In this document: positions 57,801-64,000 of the stretch, piece after piece
Layout of the letters: every line of letters starts with the position of its first letter
How positions within the stretch are numbered: position 1 is the first letter of the stretch
Virus record (IMG/VR): IMGVR_UViG_3300031857_007891
Location: 5,673 to 69,672 of that record
Length of the DNA stretch: 64,000 nucleotides
From: a virus
Strand: one strand, 5' to 3'
Translations under genes and position numbers: made by a program
Notes under the pieces: model-generated
Told to the model about the DNA's origin: nothing
Database searches by the model: none
What the model saw: only the letters and a program-made list of their open reading frames with translations

Positions 57801-59398
57801 AAATTGCTGCTAAGTACAACATATCTTTAGAATCACGAGACTTGCCTAAAAACTATAAGAATATCCCAAATACTCATACTATGAACAGAGAGGATATTAT
57901 GAAGCTATCTGTAACTCCGGCAAGAGCTCTTCAGAACTTTTTAAAGATGTACACTGCAGGAAAGCAACTTCAGCAGGCATTTAAATTATTGACCCCAGAT
58001 ACTCTAACTGGTATTAATAGATTAGAGGCCATTCAATCCTATGTAGAAAAAAGAAATAAGTTTGACAATCCAGTAGGTAATAAAATAGATAATGCTCCAA
58101 TAGCATTTTATGGAAGAGGTAAAGATGAGAACGTGTTAAATCAGTTCTTTGATGAAAACTCTATATACGGACTTGAAAGGGGCTACTATAACTTGGTAAA
58201 GGATATGTTAGGAGTGGCTAGCACAATATTCCCTATGACTACATCAGATGCTACAGTTAAATTTAAAGAGGCTATTAAATCTGTTACAGGCAGAGACTCT
58301 TTAACTACTGAGCAGCATAGAGATATTAATGCAGGAATTATGTTTACACTTTTAACTACTGATGAATCTCCGTTAGCTAACTATCTGAATGTAGATTATA
58401 GTGAAAGACTATACAAACCAGGATATAAAGAGCCACAAGTTGATAAGAATAAGCCTGCTAAAGAACCTAAGACTTTGTGGACAAGAATAAAACTAGCTCT
58501 TGACAGTACAGCTAATTTGTCTGGAAATGAATTCCTTACTAAACTTACTGATGATGACGTGAACACAAAGGTTAAAAACTTTATAACTTTTAACTTTGAT
58601 GCTACTCAGCAGTTCTCTAGAGAAGAGAAAGCCAGAATTCAAGATGACTTGTACAATCTGATGTACAGACCTGAAGCTTATGTTGTAAAGCCTAAAAAGT
58701 CTGCTTCAGAAAAAGAGAAAGAAGATTACAATAAAAAAATAGAAAGTATAAGACAGATAGGATTTGATTTGTGTATACACACTTTGATCTACAATGGGTT
58801 TAGAAAGTCTGCATTTAACTATGCATCTATGATCCCACCACAATTTTGGTTGCAGCCATTAAACAGAGATGCAGCTAAAGCTACCACTGGAAATAATAAG
58901 TTAGGACCTATAAGTGTAGCAGACTTCATGCATCAGGAATCTATAAAGATGCAAACTGGAGAATACTTTACTGTTGAAGACTTAGCTAGATTCTTTAGGA
59001 TCTATGGGGAGATTCGTCCTGGAGGTTCAAACCTTGTAGATAGGCACTCTCTTAATGAAGAGGTATCGAAGCTTGGTAAATCTCATACTATCAAGACAGA
59101 TAAGTATGGAGGTAACAGATATGCTCCAGGGATTATGATATTACGAACTAAAAAGGGGGAATCTGGTGTATACATAAAAGCTAATCCAACAGTTGATAGC
59201 GACTATTCCGTATATTTGGACATGTTTAAGACTTCTAACAATAAGAAACATATTGTAGGAGGAGACTGGTTGAATAAGAAATCAGTAGGAAATAGCACTG
59301 AGGGGTATAAGAGTATGCTAGGAATGCTCCAAGCATTTTACGATAGTGCTTCTAGAAAAGTCACCCCACAAGACATCACTCAAATTTGTATGCTATAA
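51887..59398 (+). CDS. virion-packaged DNA-dependent RNA polymerase (crAss/phi14:2 gp66-like) with N-terminal zincin domain
   Basis: YRIPNQ..S and GSDFDVDK (57023-57037) catalytic region; HEAYH at 52181-52195. Confidence 0.9.
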   Translation: MTFCPNKSLPEWKALEESQPDRAYYLWNKYKGEVPSKFYYPKEVDRKEKAISYLSKLFPGKETIFYDFAKEIGNKTQHGYVENGAINMWTSAEAGTEYHEAYHLLFRTMLSEEQRESLYKDASKEFGAPTKEEIEAIKKEILSLYDVELGDEEATKLVLEEKMGDGFMEHMLTEEESSRGILASIAKWFRDLFSWIKGLISNKIGLRDLYSLMETTKSNDTFLGRGVFRNPQTMNSTYNPSRLIEGIPSATVDKMVDGLTTMAIKEIDNWDVAEVAKILGDGKRTNGSIVNGLLYQIYEFKDGRVKSKADIGVLQKAFSLELTLKNAELKYKSLVKQKLTDQAKAFKPELDAAIKNLANYTNEKGLKTKNLVLVKKGASKRDKDIARKKNTRRTQIMHVIQNWYGKKDQATGNTLVPSWRAWIIDELNANQYNIVKDVIKESVKSTNEEGDAEDGVVEADDAGAERKEIHGRSHFADSPANKLSQKAKMLLRSIPILTPELSPDSGKIIYKPSKNPVFTNITQTYSLRYVYKQLSELWADSRSFEEMEARLIEKSKYRPDYAAINQRVKNFNNQERALLYHSLAYTLAEFNLIILGEKGKVMNANSSSTESKIMSQWTNQIVEVEGQSEESGQSNRAVYTKTFGEEDDEATAEFAVKDSKYKAIKDALEKTYKFYTKKYKDDTTANAAFIGKEGAIGSPAWELGSLIWELGMNLGDNISKLSTIRNIQSLIDNGFTATVTEGKRVRSQKFIGHLAFQKIYELGRLEEIIKTGVATIAPSGKEINISGKLKNPTPFFNTQKGGMKFLASLAPMFMSRSAESFVTPVNTAIYPVNMPTSISEMVTEVKADLEKNGKEAFQLYREDKFIFPPGMEPSHMFNHLLNNEDYRSEFKIRPTVGIRNPSDEGLEYEDFNDLDFILTRIEAYHNNGDSKYYYCTTPSPGDRARNDMDLLPRINGHRSSGFNKTYADVFRDAILQDLFRIKQAKETIANPNAIKIPDYHTGAMRGISDEFMQFDGIDELGNRIVKNKYISGKAGGRDMSDLVESYLNHKKLGMALSEDLNQFERNLTEMISGLTGFYQNQAEKIAELILESDRKNNLNADLLNKWGVKGKGSKREEFIEGASKMLVDFLIHEDLGRNEFIKYTRGNRALFKNIEDFTKRQRLMSTPYAKLAEKGTLGKESNRNPTWMDEEYGADRTYDEMVFEDPMGQITQAIKNRMNAWTERTAAQLIKSGYSPEEAAFTAQYMAGEFEEYDGLTIISIDWLKQIMMGQGKWFEYHEIAYKNYKKDPEGKFVYPEGVELPKGVKAGEDIASTPYKPFAQEVKKVNGTIASDITKTAYFLALKSYTKAFPIMDDMRMRMEANPLEADNPYSGMKKIHTSSAKSSKKGLQLNVFDIKNWSSTEGGFFANVKANTNSTSKLGFPQTIPSAKEYSQTIFGRQVKKNAIANVKPDELYYYNPGIEGETEVVGEDMTALYHAAIEERLRRDFEKVNKQIGLTEFKKVVERLKSQNMNIDAIKGAQDFKDAKRKLLKNIRTLIENQAIEREMSDTFMKALDITIDANGITKFAIPLDFPVYGTAFQSALFSIYNNNVFKQYLSGYEAVQTAAIGGFEVNNTLNFLEIVDHPSNKTRGTRLAHAEIMVREDILRKFGVEPGADLDVNNIPEELRRIIGYRIPNQDKASTIIFKIKAVLPAGYEKAIVVPPQLVKLMGSDFDVDKMFLLFPELNDEGTAKVKPNYSILSKTKDVSKVSDKELANIMLDTIEAVFSSPEHYLETLRPLDDEVLKNIRTSLIKLNPELMPTTVFTGAMYETQSAIRNMLGNKLRGLWANAMAGRNVASVSDNFNLQSEFAIKIAGQLINTKFLKEIPKGNDFVKKFGVSPDSSHKYDLGLTTDRISSRYTTAAVDSTKAPYHYIVNDNIITFPVELLWVHYHGDTELLHHFLNQPIIRDFVKIMSDEFNDDLSSINIAYRKIAAKYNISLESRDLPKNYKNIPNTHTMNREDIMKLSVTPARALQNFLKMYTAGKQLQQAFKLLTPDTLTGINRLEAIQSYVEKRNKFDNPVGNKIDNAPIAFYGRGKDENVLNQFFDENSIYGLERGYYNLVKDMLGVASTIFPMTTSDATVKFKEAIKSVTGRDSLTTEQHRDINAGIMFTLLTTDESPLANYLNVDYSERLYKPGYKEPQVDKNKPAKEPKTLWTRIKLALDSTANLSGNEFLTKLTDDDVNTKVKNFITFNFDATQQFSREEKARIQDDLYNLMYRPEAYVVKPKKSASEKEKEDYNKKIESIRQIGFDLCIHTLIYNGFRKSAFNYASMIPPQFWLQPLNRDAAKATTGNNKLGPISVADFMHQESIKMQTGEYFTVEDLARFFRIYGEIRPGGSNLVDRHSLNEEVSKLGKSHTIKTDKYGGNRYAPGIMILRTKKGESGVYIKANPTVDSDYSVYLDMFKTSNNKKHIVGGDWLNKKSVGNSTEGYKSMLGMLQAFYDSASRKVTPQDITQICML

Positions 59399-59409
59399 AA
59401 TAAAAATCA

Positions 59410-62400
59410 ATGGCCTGTAAAGTATTTGAACTAAACAACGAAGATCATCCAGAACCTTCATTAAGATATCAAATGTTATTTGATACCTTAGAGAGCAATG
59501 TTGCTAATAAAGCAAAAGCTTTGAAGTACAATTTGATAGATGGATTCCCAGAGTATTTCACCGTAGACAACTCTGGGGAGATTACTGTTAGAGGTAACAT
59601 TAAAGATCCTAGACACATTGTTAATGTCTTAAATAGCAATGTTGCAAGATACTTTAGACCTAATGGGGCAACTCAGAAATTCCTTAGTGCTAAAAGGGTA
59701 AATAGTGATACATTCAGGCTAACTATTAATGAAAACTTTTTTACCCCAACAGAAACTTTAGCAAAGGAGGCATACATCCCTAAAGTAGATGACAATACTA
59801 TAAGAGATGCTTATAGAATTATATCACCTCCTAGAGTTGCAATGATGGAGGAAGAAACTGTTGAACCTACTACTAAAGCTTCTAAAGTATTTACTAACTC
59901 CCCAACTGTATCAGAACAAGTAAAGCATTTAATAAACACGTTTGCTACAGCAGGTGTGACGGTTAGTGTACAGTTTGATGATACTATTGATACTAAGGGG
60001 AAGGCTATAACTAAGAGTGACAATACAGTTAATATTATCCTCAACCCAATTCTTATGACTGAGGATACCCATATCCATGAGTTCAGTCATATCCTTATCG
60101 ATCTGCTAGGAGAAGATAACTCTTTGGTTAAGCAGGCTCTGACTATGGTAAAGGGTACTGACCTTTATGAGCAGGTAGCTGAAGCATATCCAGAATTGTC
60201 AGAGAAAGCATTACTCAAAGAGACTTTGATTACTGCTATGGGAATAGCAGGAGCTAAAAGACAAGAAGGTAAATCAAAACTTCAAGGTGCAATCAACAAG
60301 TTTATACGAGCAATAAAAAACTTCTTTGGAATATCAGATAATGCAGTAGAGACATTGTTGGATAAGATGTTCAGTAAAAGACTCAATCCTATAGAGTTCA
60401 CTGGAAAGTTAACAGATGAAGAGTACAATAGTAAGACTATCAACAAAAAAGCAGATGACCTTAAAGACTTAATAGGTCTGACAGCTGAAACTCTTAGAGC
60501 TCAATTAATGAGACTCGAGTCTCTTCCTGTAAAAAATGACCAAGTAATTGTGCAGATTAAAGCACAGCTTGCTGCTTTTGAAAATATTTCTAAAGTAGAA
60601 GACTTCATGGGATTTGTAGATTACATGGGAAGAATGGTTAAACTTAATCAAGAGAGTATAGATTATATAATGAAGTTCTCTGATGAAAGTTTGAAGAGTA
60701 TGGATGAGTCAGAAAGATTTAAGTTAATGAATAACTTATATCATATTGGGAATAGCATACAAGACTTTTTTGGGGGAGGAGAGAATAGTATAGCTGCTAA
60801 GTTGCAAGATGTTATATTAGATAGAAAAGAATCTTCAAGACTCAGTACCTCTCAAGAAGAAAAGCTATCTACTATGGAAGTAAAAGTAGATGATTTATTA
60901 AAAAAATTAGGTAGACAGGCTAAGTACTATAGAGAAATTGGATTAGAGCTGCAGGTAGATTTGCTTTTAGGGTATTATAATAAAGATATTAACGATGAGC
61001 TGCAAGGTGTTATAGATAATATCGATACCAACAAACGTCTCATAAACATACAAAAAGACGAAGAGTACTATAAACTAAAAGATGACCTAAAGCAAAAGAA
61101 GATAACTGAAGAAACGTATACTAAAGATATGCTTAAGTTGAATATTAAGCAACTTAAGAATAAAATGGTAGGTAGAGATACTTTAATCAAAGAGTTAAGA
61201 GAAGCTCAACTTGATAAATCAAAGTACTCAGTTCTTATGGATCCTCTTATAAATTCTAGTCAAACTTCATTACAGTTATTTACATCATTACTTAAGAATA
61301 AATTATATCAAGCTGCAGCAGATACTAGAGATGTAGTAGATGAGCTTGCCCCAATTTATAGAGAGTATGCTGAATACAAAGGGTCAGACTTAAATCCAAC
61401 TACGTTTAATGATGACATACTAGATACTTATACCTATTACATCAGAGATGAGCAGACTGGGAAGAGAAAGCCTATGCAGCTTCTGTCTTTCATTCAGCCT
61501 TATGATGTCACTAAATTCCAAGAGGCTGAGTATCAAATGAGAAAAGATCTTAAGGCAAAGTATAAGCAACCTGAATATGGAACTACTGAATATAAAGAAT
61601 GGGCTAAGAGTAATGACGGTGCTAGATTCTTTACAGAAGTCTCTAATTGGTATAGAACTAATACAGTTGTAACAGAAGAAGGGATAAAAGCAGTAGAAGA
61701 TTTAGATAAAAGAATTAAAAAACTAAATGATAAAATTAAAGCTGCTGAGACTAGTCCTGATTTGTTAGCTAGTTACGAAGCCTATAAAATAGATCTTCTT
61801 CAGCAGAAGGCTAGAATGTATGACTCAAAGAATGAGCAATACAAAGGAGTAGCAGTTAGACCTAATTCTAAATATACTAATCCAAGGTATACTGCTTTGA
61901 TGTCTAACCCTAATTCTCCTGCTGCTAAATATTACACTGCTCTTCTTAAAGTATTTCATGATCATCAAAAGTTTTGTGGGTCACAGATACCACTTAAGAA
62001 TGATTGGGATACTCTCTCATATGTTCTCCCATCAGTAGAAGCTCAAGGTTTAGAAAAGTTGCAGTCTGATAACTACAATGTATTCAAGTCTACAAAAGAT
62101 TTTGTTAATAGAGAGTTTAAGTTTCTTTCTACAGATGATTCATATGGATCAGTAATCAATGCTAATAAAGAGCAGAGAAATAAGATTGTCCCAATTTTTT
62201 ATATTACTCCTACTGATGCAAGATTTGTAAGTAGAGATGTAGGATCTACAATAGTATTGTTTGCAGGAATGGCTAATACATTCAAAAGAAAGTCTGAGAT
62301 ATTAGGTTCTGTAATTATGATGAGAGACCTAGTAGAACAAAGAGAGGTATTAGAAGCAAACGTACATGGTAATCCTATACTATCTACAGCTGCTAAGATG

Positions 62401-63837
62401 CAGGGGGTTAACAGACCTAGTAGAAAAGCTGGGGTATCAAATAACTTACAACACTTAGTAGAGGTTATAGATAGAGATTTCTTTGGGGAGAGGGAAATTA
62501 AAGAAGAGATTGAAGTACTTGGAAGAGTACTCAGTGCTAATAAGATAGTTAATAAACTTGCCACATTCTCAGCACTTAACACTCTTGCTCTTAACGCTCT
62601 TCAAGCAACTAACCAGTTCTTGATAGATAATGAGAAGCTAATGGAAGAAGCAGTAGCTGGTCAATATTTTAATACTAAGAACCTAGCATATGCTAAGTCT
62701 ACTTATACTAAAGCAATACTATCTGGGGAGAGTATATCAGATACCGGTAAGTACAATAAGGATACTAAGTTATCTAGATTTATCCAAGAGTTTGACTTGA
62801 TGGGTACAGAGCTTGGCTCGTTTGCTGAAAAACGTACAGGAAATAGGATATTAAAAGGCATAGATACAAATAGTTTATTTGTTTTGCAACATACAGCTGA
62901 ACATGAGACTGCTGTAACTAGAGGCTTAGCTATAGCTGATACGTACAAAGGAAAACTAAAAGATAAAGACGGTAATGTAATTAAGAATGCTGATGGATCT
63001 GAAGCAAACCTATACGATGTATTTATTAAAGATGATAAAGGCAAGTGGAAAATAGATCCTAAAGTTGCTAACTTCAAGCCTATCCAGATGATTAATAAAG
63101 TATCTGGATTATATAAGAAAACTAACCAGATTAAAACTTCTATCGATGATCCTATTCTTAACAGAAGATGGTATGGTAAAGCTCTATTGATGTATCGTAG
63201 ATATTTTCAACCAGGTTTGAGACGTAGGTTTGGACATGGCCATGGGATACATGTTGATACAGAAGTTGAAGGTATATCAGAAGGTATGTATCTGAGCTTC
63301 CTCCGATATATGAAAGAGTCATTTAAAAAAGGAGCTAAGTTTGGAAGTGTGTATCAGATTTTAACTCCAATGGAGAAGGCCAATGTAAAACGAACATCCA
63401 TAGAAGCAGGACTGACTTTATCTTTAACAGCAATCGGAGCAATACTTGCTGGAATGATGACTGATGATGATGAAGAGGATGATTACGTATCAGCATTTGC
63501 AGCTTATCAAGCTATGAGAATATCATCAGAGCTATCTCAGTTCTACAACCTAAAAGAATTCTATAGATTTGCTTCGTCTCCTACAGCTTTAGATAAGCCA
63601 TTCATAAATTCAATAGAATTAATCTGGCACTTAGGTACTAAAGAACTACCATATAGAATTGGACTAAGAGATGAAGATGGCATTTACTATGAAAGAAAAA
63701 CTGGAGCATATGAGAAAGGAGATTTGAAACTAACTAAGCTATTCAGAGATGTTGCCCCAATACTTAGAGGTATTGACAAGACAACTAATCCTCAGGATGC
63801 ACTTAAGTTCTTCATTGCTCCTCCAGGAGCTGTATAG
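59410..63837 (+). CDS. large cargo protein with zincin-like HExxH domain, 1475 aa
   Basis: HEFSH at 60076-60090 followed by E.L; helical C-terminal region as in crAss RNAP-adjacent proteins. Confidence 0.8.
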   Translation: MACKVFELNNEDHPEPSLRYQMLFDTLESNVANKAKALKYNLIDGFPEYFTVDNSGEITVRGNIKDPRHIVNVLNSNVARYFRPNGATQKFLSAKRVNSDTFRLTINENFFTPTETLAKEAYIPKVDDNTIRDAYRIISPPRVAMMEEETVEPTTKASKVFTNSPTVSEQVKHLINTFATAGVTVSVQFDDTIDTKGKAITKSDNTVNIILNPILMTEDTHIHEFSHILIDLLGEDNSLVKQALTMVKGTDLYEQVAEAYPELSEKALLKETLITAMGIAGAKRQEGKSKLQGAINKFIRAIKNFFGISDNAVETLLDKMFSKRLNPIEFTGKLTDEEYNSKTINKKADDLKDLIGLTAETLRAQLMRLESLPVKNDQVIVQIKAQLAAFENISKVEDFMGFVDYMGRMVKLNQESIDYIMKFSDESLKSMDESERFKLMNNLYHIGNSIQDFFGGGENSIAAKLQDVILDRKESSRLSTSQEEKLSTMEVKVDDLLKKLGRQAKYYREIGLELQVDLLLGYYNKDINDELQGVIDNIDTNKRLINIQKDEEYYKLKDDLKQKKITEETYTKDMLKLNIKQLKNKMVGRDTLIKELREAQLDKSKYSVLMDPLINSSQTSLQLFTSLLKNKLYQAAADTRDVVDELAPIYREYAEYKGSDLNPTTFNDDILDTYTYYIRDEQTGKRKPMQLLSFIQPYDVTKFQEAEYQMRKDLKAKYKQPEYGTTEYKEWAKSNDGARFFTEVSNWYRTNTVVTEEGIKAVEDLDKRIKKLNDKIKAAETSPDLLASYEAYKIDLLQQKARMYDSKNEQYKGVAVRPNSKYTNPRYTALMSNPNSPAAKYYTALLKVFHDHQKFCGSQIPLKNDWDTLSYVLPSVEAQGLEKLQSDNYNVFKSTKDFVNREFKFLSTDDSYGSVINANKEQRNKIVPIFYITPTDARFVSRDVGSTIVLFAGMANTFKRKSEILGSVIMMRDLVEQREVLEANVHGNPILSTAAKMQGVNRPSRKAGVSNNLQHLVEVIDRDFFGEREIKEEIEVLGRVLSANKIVNKLATFSALNTLALNALQATNQFLIDNEKLMEEAVAGQYFNTKNLAYAKSTYTKAILSGESISDTGKYNKDTKLSRFIQEFDLMGTELGSFAEKRTGNRILKGIDTNSLFVLQHTAEHETAVTRGLAIADTYKGKLKDKDGNVIKNADGSEANLYDVFIKDDKGKWKIDPKVANFKPIQMINKVSGLYKKTNQIKTSIDDPILNRRWYGKALLMYRRYFQPGLRRRFGHGHGIHVDTEVEGISEGMYLSFLRYMKESFKKGAKFGSVYQILTPMEKANVKRTSIEAGLTLSLTAIGAILAGMMTDDDEEDDYVSAFAAYQAMRISSELSQFYNLKEFYRFASSPTALDKPFINSIELIWHLGTKELPYRIGLRDEDGIYYERKTGAYEKGDLKLTKLFRDVAPILRGIDKTTNPQDALKFFIAPPGAV

Positions 63838-63844
63838 ATGGGCT

Positions 63845-63875
63845 AAAAAAAGGGGGCTATTGCCCCACTTCTTTT
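63845..63875. terminator. bidirectional intrinsic terminator at the convergence of + and - modules
   Basis: A-tract, GGGGC-TATT-GCCCC, then CTTCTTTT. Confidence 0.75.
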
Positions 63876-64000
63876 ATCTTCAGCCTATCATAATCTTCCA
63901 TTAGCTTCTTTAAGTACAGAGCTAAATCAAGAGCTTCTTCATAGGCATGTTGCAGCCACTCTTGTTTAGATAGGTCCTTCCTATCCATAGTTGTACCGTA
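63857..64000 (-). CDS. partial MazG-like / all-alpha NTP pyrophosphohydrolase-like protein (3' end only)
   Basis: Own translation ..YGTTMDRKDLSKQEWLQHAYEEALDLALYLKKLMEDYDRLKIKEVGQ*; EExxD motif. Confidence 0.65.
   Translation of the reverse strand, partial: YGTTMDRKDLSKQEWLQHAYEEALDLALYLKKLMEDYDRLKIKEVGQ

Larger units (their letters stand above)
1..64000 (+). mobile_element. crAss-like (Crassvirales-type) bacteriophage genome segment: structural, lysis and virion-RNAP modules
   Basis: Gene order TerS-TerL-portal-scaffold-MCP-ring proteins-IHF-like-tail tube-muzzle-giant cargo proteins with DFDxD RNAP; no host housekeeping genes or integrase in the window. Confidence 0.93.

Noticed and set aside
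1204-63077. Many 60-130 aa antisense or alternate-frame ORFs inside long genes (e.g. 16076-17621, 46143-48234, 62199-63077)
   Set aside because: Shadow ORFs expected from codon bias; S/L/F-rich with no motifs or expression signals
1-64000. Stop-codon reassignment (TAG or TGA), known in some crAss-like phages
   Set aside because: ORFs up to 2503 aa are intact in the standard code; TAG (6402, 18412, 25327, 39038, 63837) and TGA (4859, 6722, 7277) end genes at sensible boundaries
1-64000. tRNA genes, CRISPR arrays, integrase, introns or inteins
   Set aside because: No cloverleaf, repeat-spacer array or recombinase seen by eye; TerL, portal, MCP and RNAP look uninterrupted. tRNAscan-SE and intein scans were not run

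Overview
The whole window is phage DNA: the virion-morphogenesis and ejected-cargo half of a crAss-like (Crassvirales-type) podovirus. The host is probably Bacteroidota, judged from TAnnTTTG promoters and A-rich translation starts without Shine-Dalgarno motifs. It reads in the standard code. On the + strand, in order: a small basic protein, a strongly base-paired ~270-nt non-coding region, a fibre gene, an overlapping lysis cassette, GroES, IHF-like proteins, TerS/TerL, portal, a DUF192-led multidomain protein, scaffold, major capsid, ring/adaptor and tail proteins, and a metallophosphoesterase. These are followed by a muzzle/tail-stabiliser gene split in two around Fib_succ_major-like domains, and five large cargo proteins. 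The cargo set includes a GH73-like glycosidase, a PD-(D/E)XK nuclease, two HExxH zincin domains and a single-chain virion RNA polymerase (DFDVD). Minus-strand genes flank both ends. The best leads are (1) a family of virion proteins cut into cassettes by a repeated KxGG-x3-YxxGG motif, two of which also share a PLPSGA motif beside an enzyme-like domain, (2) a candidate structured ncRNA behind its own promoter, (3) the split muzzle, and (4) apparently leaderless transcripts for portal and scaffold. All family calls come from motif recognition by eye; no searches were run.
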